A DNA stretch of 60,006 nt, the filler included, from Sphacelaria rigidula (lineage: Eukaryota), in NCBI GenBank assembly GCA_964200075.2. It is 7 parts of 7 records of this genome, joined end to end, with 100 filler letters (N's around TTAATTAATTAA, not from the genome) between each part and the next. Parts side by side here need not be neighbours in the genome. Positions count along the whole stretch, not along the records: positions 17,177 to 25,663 come from CAXNAA020010996.1; positions 25,764 to 34,249 come from CAXNAA020010997.1; positions 34,350 to 42,835 come from CAXNAA020010998.1; 4 more parts are not named here. One strand, written 5' to 3'. Positions 24,899 through 37,300 of this stretch are shown here, in pieces; position 1 is the stretch's first letter, and each line of letters begins with the position of its first letter. The position numbers and the translations under genes are program-made. The notes beneath the pieces were generated by a model. The model saw nothing but the letters and a program-made list of their open reading frames with translations. It did not search any database and was not told the DNA's origin.

Positions 24899-25663
24899 AA
24901 TGGCCGCGTGTGCATGTCTGCCGTTTCTTGGTATCGACGTCGTCGCTGTTGTCCATGACGCCCAAATACTTCTCGGATGTAATCTCAGCCCTTGATTCCT
25001 TGTCGCTAAAAATTGACAATCCTGCTATTTGCGCTACTTGGGGTGGTTTCGAGATGAAAACATTGTGCCGTATTACCTCCTCTCGTATTTTCCGTGCATG
25101 TGTATCCTCACCGTAGTTGATGTACGCAAGCGATTTTACCGATTTACTGTTCAGGTACACAGGCGACTAAACTGATGTCCTGTCATTACTTGCTAGACAA
25201 GGTTTTTTTTCGAGTCTGTTCGCCTGATAATGACTCCACAAAATTCTTCACTCCCAGTTTCTCTCTTTAATAAACGCTTACCTGTGTCGTAAAGACGACT
25301 GCTGTTGCTGCCGCTTCTTGCTGTGCTCGTGGAAACTACTATTTTTCTTACTTTTAGATGTGTATCTATTCTTCTTTTGATTGACTGCCTTACAGTTAGT
25401 CGATGACAACAACTTGCTTTGACTGCTCTTTTTCTGCTTTCTACGCGAATCTTGGTCTACTCTTGCTCTTTCACTGACTACAAAGCAAAGCTGTGCGTAC
25501 GCTCATTGATTTTGCTGATACTACTGTAGTTGTTAGCGCTGAGCTCCTTGAACTACCCTCATGGATGAGTATCATATTTATACTCCTCAGAACAGCCAAT
25601 CATCTATGTTGAGGATGGTGCTTTTCATTGAGGATGAGAACCCGGAGGATTAAAATCTTCGTA

Positions 25664-25763
25664 NNNNNNNNNNNNNNNNNNNNNNNNNNNNNNNNNNNNN
25701 NNNNNNNTTAATTAATTAANNNNNNNNNNNNNNNNNNNNNNNNNNNNNNNNNNNNNNNNNNNN
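25664..25763. other. Artificial contig linker
   Basis: N44-TTAATTAATTAA-N44. Confidence 0.99.
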
Positions 25764-25834
25764 GGGGGGGGGGGGGGGCGCTGTTTTTTGTTCCGTGCGC
25801 GTGTGGGCTGAGGCCGGCCCGGCCGTCCGTTTGG

Positions 25835-25866
<32 letters not shown>

Positions 25867-26547
25867 AAGGAAAACCTCGTGAATCACAGGTTTAAAAACA
25901 GTGTGACTCCTCACGTATCCGGCCGTTGGCTCCCATCTGGAGATTGCGCTGACCGCCGTCGCACCAGCCTGCTAAAATTATTTACGCCGCAGACACAATC
26001 CGATGAACGTCAAACACAACCCGATGAATCGTCGAAGGGAGGGGTGCTTGGAGAAACTCGGACAACAACGATTCGCGATGCTGTCACCAACTGGTGGTCG
26101 CACTACACCCGTCTCCCGGATCTCACAAACCTCGACTTCAATCCATACACCATTATTATCACTTCGCCGTAGATACACTTGCCCTTGCACCTTCCCGCTT
26201 CTCCCACACTGAACTGCCCCACCTGACTCATCACACGGGCAATCGTGCAGGTCAATGTGTTCTGAAGGGGCTTCTACGAACTGCAACTACCATAAAGAAT
26301 ATTCTTCCCGCACCTGCAAAAAACATCGATCCTTCCCCGAACACAGAATCGAGCCTTTTCGGCACAAGCAATATATTATAGACACAAAACCAAGCACATG
26401 CCCAGTACCAATGTACCGCGCAGATATCGGAACGGCTTTTAATGTGAAGACAACAACAACAACAACAACAATGTCACCGGGTAATAAACACGGGATTTTG
26501 AAAATTGCGAATGTATTTTACTTTGAGGATGAATCTTGGGAACCTTA

Positions 26548-26759
26548 GTAGAGGTATCTCAAACTCGGCTCCCAGTATCCTGGTTTATTCACTGGCTCTG
26601 AGTTGTGTACAGTTTGTTCAAGTGAAAATGATCGCGATTCATAGGAGGACCTGACCTGGCGGTCAAAGGGTCTCATTATCTGATGAACCGCCATCACTTT
26701 CACCTGAATAAATAGAAAACACCCCAGGATACCGGGAGCCGAGTTTGAGATACCTCTGG
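26548..26759. mobile_element. MITE (TA-flanked, Tc1/mariner-like)
   Basis: 34-bp inverted repeat AGAGGTATCTCAAACTCGGCTCCCRGTATCCTGG (26550-26583 / 26724-26757, one mismatch); TA at 26546-26547 and 26760-26761. Confidence 0.75.
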
Positions 26760-27896
26760 TAAACATCGAAATATTCTCGAAAACAGGACGCGAACGCATA
26801 TCCGACCATCGTCTGTAACCCCGCTCAGCCTAAAAAGTAATCGACTCGCAACTTGAAAAGTAGGAACGTTTTTTTGTACGGGAATAAACGGAGCTCGGAA
26901 TCGTTCGGTATACATATGGGATTCCACTCATTGCGGGTGGATTATTAAGAGGATGAACGGGGCCACACTTCACGACCCGAGAGTGCATTTGTATTCTTAT
27001 TTCGAAAATATTCCGATGCTTGTGAAGGTTCCCACGGTTGATCGTCATTAAAAAAGAGCCATGCTCAATTTTGTAAAATCCCTTTTTCACAGCTGTCGTT
27101 CTTACTGTCAGGAAATGAATCCGGGTGATGCGGCCATGCCTGTCGCTTCTTCGTCATGAAATCTGTGTTCGGCGTTTCTGTTACCGAGTCGACGGTGGCG
27201 TTTTCAAATGTACTTACTGAGTCCACGGAGGTGCGACTAGCTTCGTGGTACGAGTGCCTCCGTGTGTGTTGATGCATGTAGGAGTGCATCCGTTACCAAG
27301 TCCACGGTAGCTTTTTCGAATGTAGTTACCGCGTCCACGGACGTGTGTCCCATCATGGAACCTGTTGGCATCGGTTGTTGTCGGTGGAAAGCCTGTTATC
27401 AAACACCAACAGCAATGTTTTCCTTCAAACCGTGTCCCTGTCAACGGGTGTCACTATACGCACTCGGTGCATCTACCAGATTGCGAAGCGCACGTAACGA
27501 TCGCCGGTTCTCATGTGCCTTCGACCTCGATCCATTGAGCGTGGCGGAGTATGCCGCCGAAACCCTTGTATATATACACTCACATATTTAAAACAAAAAC
27601 AAACGGTTACCGTCCGAAATCACCAACACAGAATCGCAGGTAATCTGCAAGGACTTTCCACTCGCGAATGTACAATGACGTTGACAATAAATCATCCTTA
27701 TCGTATGAGACATGTCGGTATTTCTAAAGCTTTCTAGTGTGCAAAATCCGAACACCCAACTCGAGGACAGATGTTTCATCCACCACGTGTAACATTACGT
27801 CAGCTTAACTGATCGGCCATGCTAGTGGTTAAAAGGGAGAAAGGCTGAACTGCAACATATCAAGCATTATCAAACACGTCCATTTTGCCGTACCAG

Positions 27897-28027
27897 GCCC
27901 TGAACGCAGACGTTCCGGAAGGTTGGATAACCGGCGAAGGCGAGGGGGAGTACGAAGGCCTGCTGTACTACTACAACGAAGAGACGCAAGAGAGTACGTG
28001 GGATCATCCTCTCGACGATTTTTACAG
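27897..28027 (+). CDS. Exon encoding a CEP164-type WW domain (ALNADVPEGWITGEGEGEYEGLLYYYNEETQESTWDHPLDDFY)
   Basis: CCAG| acceptor and AG|GTATGC donor. The W...YYYN..T..STWDHP.DD.YR signature matches the CEP164 N-terminal WW domain. Upstream exons were not identified. Confidence 0.85.
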
Positions 28028-28356
28028 GTATGCATATGACCAATTGAAGCAAGGCTGGGAATAGGCATATCTTGGTACTAGAATAGCGGACAACCAGTTG
28101 ACGAGTGAGTAAGGTTGATACTGAACATCCCAAATCTCCGGAGGTAGTTCGTGTGCGGTTCTGTCGCACCACAACTCTAGCTTGAGATGGCGCTTCGTCA
28201 TCAAGCACTACGCAGACGGTGCAGTTTTTCATCGCGAAACATGAGCTAGACGACGGCACACAGGAGAGGCGTTTCATGATCACGGAAAACCTTGACCTAC
28301 CGTCGCCATGACGACCAAAGTTGAAAGCGTGCGCCCTTATCCCTTCCCCCATCCAG

Positions 28357-29599
28357 GAAAAAGTTTGAAAAGAAGAAGGCCACGGACTCGAAAAAACGCG
28401 ACGGGAGCTCTCGAAAAGGCACCAGCCGCAGCAAATCCGAACGATCTGCATCCTCCAAATCGCGCAAATCTCGCAGCGGCGGCAGCCATGGTCGTGGAGG
28501 CCGAGGACCCGGAAAACACGACGACCACGATCGCATCAACGGGGATGACGGTTACGAGCGGACCAATGAACACAGGATCGTCAGTTCCAAACGCTCCAGA
28601 GCACACAAAGATGGCAGATTGGAGAGATCAGAGAGTGGCGAAGAGATGCCACGGAACCATAGCAGCACTCACAGTCGAAGTCGTGGGAGAAGTGCCGCGG
28701 ATGGTGGTGATGCTTCCGAGGGCCGTCGACGCAGCAGTGGTACAAAGGAGACAAGCGTCGCCGCGAGGACAGGCAACAAATCGAGGAGAGATCGAGGTCG
28801 TGATTCGAGTACGTCTAACCGTCATCGCGGCGGGGGTCGTCGGCACCGACGGTCTTCCTCTTCCTCTTCTCAACGGTCAAAATCTTCTGTGTTCTCATCG
28901 TCTCGCCGATGTCGATCCTCGGATGGTCGCAGTGGCGACAAAGACGAACGCGGTGAGAGCAGTGGAGAGCTCTACAAACGCGGCGGCAAGAAAGGCAAAA
29001 GGCATCAGCACAAAACGGACGATGAAAGAACAATCGACAGGGACAGGAGAGACGGACGACATCGAGATGATGAAACTGCAACACCTGCGCGCACAAACGG
29101 AGGAGACCGCTCCGTTGGCTCCTCTCCCGATGGGGCAGTGGAACGAGGCGACTCCCGACCTAGCAACAGCAGACGAAAATCTGGTGTAGAGAAAAATCGG
29201 AAGTCCGGTCCAGGTAAACGCAACAACGAAGAGTCTGACCATAGTGTCCGATTAACAGCAAGTAGCGGCGAGAGGCAAAGCGCTGGCAGTCCAAAGAGAG
29301 CTGCAGTCACGATGGTCGAGTACGCCACGACAGCAGACGGTGCAGGCGACGGGTCGGAACGAACTCGAGAAATCACCATGGCTGGGAAACCTGCGTCGAG
29401 CAGTACGAGATGTACACAGGAGTCATCAGTAGACGAAGTGATAGGCCAAGAGCGGGAACAAAATCAACATCGAAGTTCTCCCAAGGAAGATCTCCACGGG
29501 GTTATTTCCGGGAATTCCGGGACGCTGGATCAGGACCCGAAGCCGATGAAAGAGAGCAAATATCGCGCGGGCTTCGAGGATCAGGATGAAGACCTGCAG
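28357..29599 (+). CDS. Large low-complexity R/S/K/D-rich exon of the CEP164-like gene
   Basis: CCCATCCAG| acceptor; phase 2 join gives DDFYRKKFEKKKATDSKK...; 414 open codons including ORF 28619-29629; CAG|GTGCGG donor. Confidence 0.8.
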
Positions 29600-30255
29600 G
29601 TGCGGGAGTTCTTATGCCTATTTTCCTGATCGTAGGGAGTTGTACATCTACGACCATTGCATAGGACGGCTACACCCACGCGCGTTGGTTCCGTAGTCAT
29701 CCACTCTTGCACATACCGTGTCGTCGGCGCTAAGTAGTGGGAAGCCATAATACCCATGACGTGGAGAGAAAACACCACTCAGTTACCGTCTGACGGGAGA
29801 TTCGGTCGACCTGCAGAGCTGCCTATTCGATACTCCAACGTTTTTGGTCGAGGTCAGCATCTTCCTTATTACGGTCAGCGAGTGCACCAATCTAATGAAA
29901 TATTCTCTGTGCTGCCTGTGGCGCTGCGCACATGAATCGAAAAGCCACGTGAAATTCGAAAGGGAATCAGGACCCGTCAAGAGATATACTCGTCTCGCAA
30001 GCCAAAACAGTCTCTGTCTGGGGAGTCCCGAAGTCTACCGCTGGCCTAGATACAATTCGAATACAGCCGATTGCAAATCACAAACTAAATGAAGTTCAGC
30101 CATTGCTCACAGCGTGTTCGGAGCATTATTGGACCACGCTAGAGCAGAGCCACAAGAAGAAATGCGCCCGCAGCGCTGGAGGCCTACACCTACGGCGGGC
30201 CGGGTCCCTCACCCCACCGAGTTTATTTGCTCCGTCCACGACTTGACGCACACAG

Positions 30256-30328
30256 GAGGTCGATTTTGATCACGAACTGCTTGATATGGAGGATGACCTG
30301 TCGGATGCACAAGACCTTGCAGTAACAG
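30256..30328 (+). CDS. Exon of the CEP164-like gene (EVDFDHELLDMEDDLSDAQDLAVT)
   Basis: CACAG| and G|GTGAGC sites; 73 nt; phase 0 to 1, consistent with neighbours. Confidence 0.75.
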
Positions 30329-30448
30329 GTGAGCAATACACATCGTACAGGAAAGGCTGTCCACGTTGATGTTACCATCAGACGCTCAGGGAATGGATGG
30401 TGTAAACCAAACTTTGTTTCCTGATTTTCTTCCTCAAATGATCGACAG

Positions 30449-30711
30449 CAGAAAAAGGACAGAGGGACACCCCTCCTGCCTCTGGCGTCAAGGCGGCCAC
30501 AGCAAACATCGCGGCATCGGGCGTAGCTCGAGACGGACAGAGGATCCTAGGTGAAGATGCTAATCCAAAAATGGGGAGTGACGACCTCGGCAATAGTGGC
30601 CAATCTAACGTTGAATATGGCGGCGATGATCTGCAAGGATCGAGACCAAACCGAAAGACGTCTGAGTTCGTGAACAACGCAGTAAATGCCTCTCCAGAGA
30701 GGGTGGACGAG
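30449..30711 (+). CDS. Exon of the CEP164-like gene (AEKGQRDTPP...SPERVDE)
   Basis: GACAG| acceptor (NAGNAG) and GAG|GTGGGT donor; 263 nt open; phase 1 to 0. Confidence 0.7.
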
Positions 30712-31317
30712 GTGGGTTGTGCGCGCCGATAGTTTTTGCGATCTGTGAAATATGCCAGCAAATGCCCATGAAGCAAAGATCTCTCTGGGCGTGCAGCCAA
30801 TTGTGTAGCGACTGTTGTAGTGAGAGATCTGTGATGGGCGTGCTCTGGCGAATGTTGTTGCTATGTATCCACTGCAGTATGTTTCCCCCCCGTTCAACAA
30901 TCGGTGTGATAAGACGCCGCTCACTCCAGGCCTGGCAGTGTATCCTGGGGGGGAGAAAGCGCGATGGTAAATCTGCCCTCACCTTCACTACATTTGTCTT
31001 GAGACGATAGTTTACTGTTTGGGTCTCGGATATCCTGGAACAGTTCGAACGAAGAAATCGCCGGCTGTACAGCAATGTATACATGACCTACCGTGATGTA
31101 TGGAAAACGTAGAACTCAGATCATAGAAATAATGTGGATTGTGTATCACGAAAATCGACTACACGTGTTTTTGGCAAACGACACCACAGGACAGAACAAA
31201 CCAACGGCCACGAACCGCACACGGCCTCGAAATGACGTCAAATACTTCTCGATGCAGTCCAGATCAATGAAGAACCTACCGTCTCTCCCTCGTACCTGAC
31301 CACCTGTCTGCCCACAG

Positions 31318-32175
31318 ACTACTGTACAGAAAGACTGGAGGAAGCGAGAAATAACCATTGGGGCTTCAGCAACCCCGAGCGCGAGATCGAGCGACCCTCG
31401 TACCGCATCGGCACCCGACAAGCATCCCGCGGTACGGTTGAGCGGCAGCGTGAATCAGGGTACATGGGATGAGCCTGAGCCACGCCCGACCGTAAGTGGT
31501 AGCAGTAACAAGGGAAAGTCCGCAGCAGAGCATGAAATTGCAGCAGCGATTGCAGGAGAAGGGGAGAAGGGAGAATTCGAAGATCCTTCCAGAGAACGAC
31601 AAGGTAGGTGGGGACTCTTTAAAAAGGGAGGGTACGTCTCGTATCAACACGGAGACGGTAGTGTGCGTGATTCGGGATCGGAGGACATACATGGAGATGG
31701 TGCCATCGGGGTCAGCACGGGGCAGGGACGCGATCTACGTCAAGAAGGACGTCGAAGCGACGGTAGGACGGGGTCGAATGGTGATCTCAGAAACACGCAA
31801 ATGCGGCAAGAGGGAGGGAACAGTAGATGGCAGGGAGGCGGTCAAATGACCGCCGTTGGTTACGGCATCGCAAAGCCACACGGTATGGACGAGGAATGGG
31901 GTGACTCCCGGTCAAGAAAAAGCAAACAAAGTCACGAGAATGGCGACAGAAGGGACGGTAGATATGGAGAAGGTAATACTGGCGATAATGCTCACCAGTG
32001 GCGAGACTTCGAGGGCGCAAATGACTTGGGTGGCGGGAGATACTCCAGGGCTGGCGGCGGCAGGAAAGGTTGGGGTGACGGCAAGGAAGTAGGGTGGAAC
32101 GGGGTGCGCATGTCGGAGGCGGGAAGAAGAATGGAACGAGAGGACTTGGAAACTGTGAGGGAACTGCATGTGCAG
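31318..32175 (+). CDS. G/R/D-rich exon of the CEP164-like gene (TTVQKDWRK...TVRELHVQ)
   Basis: CCCACAG| acceptor and CAG|GTATCT donor; 286 open codons in the frame of ORF 31438-32265. Confidence 0.75.
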
Positions 32176-33067
32176 GTATCTACTCTTGTCCGTTATCACC
32201 GTGGTCGTCGTCGTCGTCGTCGTCGTCGTCGTTGTGTAACTTGTATTGTGTTCGAAATTATGTAACATGTTCTCAAACGTGCATGCAAGGTAGTGGTGTG
32301 GTACACTTGGATGGGGGAAAACTCAAACATTAACAGCAGCGGGTTTGAGGAGTAGATACCTACCGCAGCCGACTGCGAATGGGGGTTGGATTGTTGATGT
32401 CCCGTCGCAACATGTGAAGGTGGCAAACCTATTGAACCAGCCGCGCCTCGAGCTAACAACAAGGATGCCGGCCAAGACAGCGGTTGTGATTCCTGAATTG
32501 TACACATGCTCCAACACCAGCAGGCAGGCACGCCTGGCGCAATGCGGTACAAACGTTGCGCACATGCTGTGGATATCGACCGCCTACGATCGCCAGCGGT
32601 AATACCATCAAAGCAAAGCCACGGGCGGTTTCAGCGTGGTATGTGAGCGTGCTTGCAACGTAGCACTGTGCGCTGAGCGTAGTTTCAGAACGACACACAA
32701 AGAGTTGTCGCGATAATATCAGTAGGGAAAGGTTGCGTGGGCGAGTATGATCGCCCATGAAGACATGTGTAATCATGCGCCTAACTCCAAGTTTGTGTAT
32801 AGTACACAGGAGATCGCGTAGAACATGGCAGGAGCATGGTGCTAACATACCTCGCATCTTTGTTCACTCGATGTTCTCTCCAATAATGCAAACGTAGTTG
32901 CACGTATGGGAAGACGCGTTGTCCCGAAATACGCAGAGAGATCATGCTCCGTTGAGGAACCGTGCGTGCTTTATACGCACCGCAAGAAAGGCGGTCGGTA
33001 CAGCGACGAATATGGTTACAAGAGACGCATCCACTACGCTGGCTTTGTTAATTTGTTTGTTCCTCAG

Positions 33068-33193
33068 GTGGGGCGCTTGAAAAGGGCACTATCTGAGGCC
33101 AAGACGAGCGAGGAGGGTCTGAGGGAAGACTTGACGGCTGCAGCGACACGAGAGATGCTCCTAAAACAACGGCACGCAGCAGCATTAGAAGAG
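33068..33193 (+). CDS. Coiled-coil exon of the CEP164-like gene (VGRLKRALSEAK...AAALEE)
   Basis: TTGTTCCTCAG| acceptor and GAG|GTAAGT donor; 42 codons; heptad-like pattern. Confidence 0.8.
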
Positions 33194-33364
33194 GTAAGTG
33201 GGGACAGAGGGTAACAGGGCGGGGAGAGGGAGTGGTACGGGGAGGCTATGCGCATATGTTCACAGTATCTTCTCACTTCACACCGACTATTTATTGATCA
33301 TGACTCTACCGTATACTTCTTATCTCCTCGTGTATCGATTATTTCTGTTCACCGATTACCTCAG

Positions 33365-33427
33365 GAGTGCGCCAGAACAGCTGCATTGCAATCCAAGGTC
33401 TCGTCGGCCGTCTTCGAGGTCAACCAG
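33365..33427 (+). CDS. Exon of the CEP164-like gene (ECARTAALQSKVSSAVFEVNQ); gene probably continues past the contig end
   Basis: CCTCAG| acceptor and CAG|GTAGGT donor; 21 codons; phase 0. Confidence 0.7.
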
Positions 33428-34249
33428 GTAGGTAATTGGCAGAAGCGGCAGTCGTAGCTTAGACGTGAACGCTACTCGTCCATTTCTGTATGAGAGGCTT
33501 ACCGTAAGCGCATGCCCGCCGCGTGCGCTGAAAGGACACGCGGGGAGGTGGGACGCTACTATGTTAACTCAATGTTGGAAGGGGTTGCACCCTTCGAGTG
33601 ACAGAGCTCAGAAGGGCCGAATCGGGGTTTTTGCTCTGGAGATTTCTTAATCCGCCTTCGCTTCGGATCGCCGATTATTTTGTGAGAATCACAGTGTGTT
33701 CATTGTTTCTACGGTGGCAGGTTACCTCATTTTCTTGGATCAGCGAGTCTGTGCAAAAACAACCTCCCGTGTACAATCGCGCTGAAGTGTCTACATAAAC
33801 TGAAAGGTACACACTGACAGCTGTTGACGGTACCTAATGAAGGGCTGAGCCGAATCTGGAAGAGAAATATGTCCTTCGACGGTCGATACCCACGACAATG
33901 AACGATTTGCACGAGAGAGGGAAAAAAGACCACGTAATATCGATGTCTTTGCTCCCGCGGTTGTCATGTTCAAGGCTGCAAACAAGTACGATTCATTTAC
34001 CATAGGGGCAGGACCCCCCAGTAGCCTGCAAGTATGATCTTATCTGGTTTTACCGAATATTCGGCTCCCAGAGGGTATCGCCATTGACGATAGGCAGTGG
34101 TGTATTCAAACATTGCTGTTCAGGCTTCAATTTCCGTTCAAGAAAACACTTGATGCGGCATAGAAGCAGTTATGTCCAGTACCCCCCCCCGCCCCCCCCT
34201 CCCCCCCTCTTTTACCCGCCCAAACGACCGGGCTTGCAACCCACACGTG

Positions 34250-34349
34250 NNNNNNNNNNNNNNNNNNNNNNNNNNNNNNNNNNNNNNNNNNNNTTAATTA
34301 ATTAANNNNNNNNNNNNNNNNNNNNNNNNNNNNNNNNNNNNNNNNNNNN
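34250..34349. other. Artificial contig linker
   Basis: N44-TTAATTAATTAA-N44. Confidence 0.99.
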
Positions 34350-37300
34350 CGGACGCCCCATCGAGGATGTCACGCTGTTCCAACATGTAATGAGCCTCGC
34401 ACGGTCAAGAGGTCCAGAGTTACGTCCACAGGTGTGAACCGAGGTGTAAAGCTCTATTGGTGCGTACAGTAGAGTACCGCAGTCCTCGGCACCACCAGGC
34501 CGGAGGCCCCATCAAGGACGTCACACTGTTCCAACAGGTTATGAGCCTTGCCACGTCGACACGTCCACAGCCACGTCCGCAGGTGTGAGCCAGGGTGTGG
34601 AGTTCCGTTGAAAACTACAGTAGAGTACGGCAGTCCCCGGCCCCACCTGGCCGGACGCCCCATCAAGGACGTCACACTGTTCCAACAGGTTATGAGCCTT
34701 GCCACGTCAACAGTTCCAGAGCCACGTCCACAGGTGTGAACCAGGGTGTGGAGTTCCTTGGAAACTACAGTAGAGTACGGCAGTCCTCGGCACCACCAGA
34801 TCGGACGCCCTATCAAGGACGTCACACTGTTCCAACAGGTAATGAGCCTCGCCACGTTTACAGGTCAAGCGCCACGTCCACAGGTGTGGACCGAGGTGTA
34901 GCGCTCCATTGGTGCGTACAGTAGAGTACCGCAGTCCTCGGCACCACCAGGCCGGAGGCCCCATCAAGGACGTCACACTGTCCCAACAGGTTATGAGCCT
35001 TGCCACGTCAACAGGTCCAGAGCCACGTCCGCAGGTGTGAGCCAGGGTGTGGAGTTCTGTTGAAAACTACAGTAGAGTACGGCAGTCCCCGGCCCCACCT
35101 GGCCGGACGCCCTATCAAGGACGTCACACCGTCCCAACAGGTAAAGAGCCCTGCCACGTCAACAGGTCCAGAGCCACGTCCACAGGTGTGAACCAGGGTG
35201 TGGAGTTCCGTTGGGAACTACAGTAGAGTACGGCAGTCCCCGGAACCACCACGCCGGACGCCTCATCGAGGACGTCACACTGTTCCAACAGGTAATGAGC
35301 CTCGCAACGTCAACAGGTCCAGTGCCACGTCCACAGGTGTGACCGTAAGTGTGGAGCTACGTTGAAAACTACAGTGGAGTACGGCAGTTCTCGGCACCAC
35401 CAGGCTGGACGCCCAATCGAGGACGTCGCACTGTCCCAACAGGTAATGAGCCTCGCAACGTCAACAGGTCCAGAGCCACTCCCACAGGTGTCAATCGAGG
35501 TGTAGAGCTCCATTGGTGCGTACAGTAGAGTACGGCAGTCCTCGGCACCACCAGGCCGGACGCCCCATCGAGGACGTCACGCTGTTCCAACAGGTTATGA
35601 GCCTCGCCACCTCTTTAGGTCAAGCGCCACGTCCACAGGTGTGGACCGAGGTGTAGCGCTCCATTGGTGCGTACAGTAGAGTACCGCAGTCCTCGGCACC
35701 ACCAGGCCGGACGCCCAATCAAGGACGTCACACTGTCCCAACAGGCTATGAGCCTTGCCACGTCAACAGGTCCAGAGCCACGTCCGCAGGTGTGAACCAG
35801 GGTGTGGATTTCCGTTGACACCTACAGCAGAGTACCGCAGTCCCCGGAAACACCAGGCCAGACGCCCTATCAAGGACGTCACTCTGTCCCAACAGGTCAT
35901 GAGCCCTGCCACCTCAACAGGTCCAGAGCCACGTCCACAGGTGTGAACCAGGGTGTGGAGTTCCGTTGGGAACTACAGTAGAGTACGGCAGTCCCCGGAA
36001 CCACCAGGCCGGACGCCTCATCTAGGACGTCACGTTGTTCCAACAGGTAATGAGCCTCGCCACGTCAACAGGTCCAGAGCCACGTCCACAGGTGTGACCC
36101 TAAATGTGGAGCTACGTTGGGAACTACCGTGGAGTACGGCAGTTCTCGGCACCACCAGGCTGGACGCCTCATCGAGGACGTCGCACTGTTCCAACAGGTA
36201 ATGAGCCTCGCAACGTCAACAGGTCCAGTGCCACTCCCACAGGTGTCAACCGAGGTGTAGAGCTCCATTGGTGCGTACAGTAGAGTACGGCAGTCCTCGG
36301 CACCACCAGGCCGGACGCCCCATCGAGGACGTCGCACTGTTCCAACAGGTAATGAGCCTCGCCACGTCAACAGGTCCAGAGCAACGTCCACAGGTGTGAA
36401 CCAGGGTGTGGAGTTCCGTTGGGAACTACAGTAGAGTACGGCAGTTCTCGGCACCACCAGGCTGGACGCCTCATCGAGGACGTCGCACTGTTCCAACAGG
36501 TAATGAGCCTCGCCACGTCAACAGGTCCAGAGCCACTCCCACAGGTGTCAACCGAGGTGTAGAGCTCCATTGGTGCGTACAGTAGAGTACGGCAGTCCTC
36601 GGCACCACCAGGCAGGACGCCCCATCAAGGACGTCGCACTGTTCCAACAGGTAATGAGCCTCGCCACGTCAACAGGTCCAGAGCCACTCCCACAGGTGTC
36701 AACCGAGGTGTAGAGCTCCATTGGTGCGTACAGGAGAGTACAGCCGTCCTCGGCACCAACAGGCCGGACGCCCCATCGAGGGCGTCACACTGTTCAACAG
36801 GTAATTAGGCTCGCCACGTCAACAAGTCCAGAGCCACGTCCACAGGTGTGAACCAAGGTGTAGAGCTCTATTGGGGCGTACAGGAGAGTACCGCAGTCCT
36901 TGGCACCACCAGGCAGGACGCGTCATCGAGGACGCCACTCTGTTCCAACAGGTAGTGAGGCTCGCCACGTGAACAGGTGCAGAGCCACGTCCACAGGTGT
37001 GGACCAGGGTGTGCAGTTTCGTTGGTAACTACAGCAGAGTACGGCAGTCCTCGGCACCAACAGGCCGGACGCCGTATCGAGGACGTCACACTGTCCCAAC
37101 AGGTGATGGGCCTCGCCACGTCGACAGGTCCAGGGCCACGTCTACAGGTGTGAACCGAGGTGTGGCGCTCCATTGGTGCGTACAGTAGAGTACGGCAGTC
37201 CTCGGCACCACCAGGCCCAACGCCCCATCGGGGACGTCACACTGTTCCAACAGGTTATGAGCCTTGCCACGTCGACAGGTTCAGAGCCACGTTCACAGGT

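Noticed and set aside
28308..29189. 293-aa ORF overlapping the large exon
   Set aside because: It is a shadow frame of low-complexity coding sequence; splice phase from the WW exon selects the other frame.
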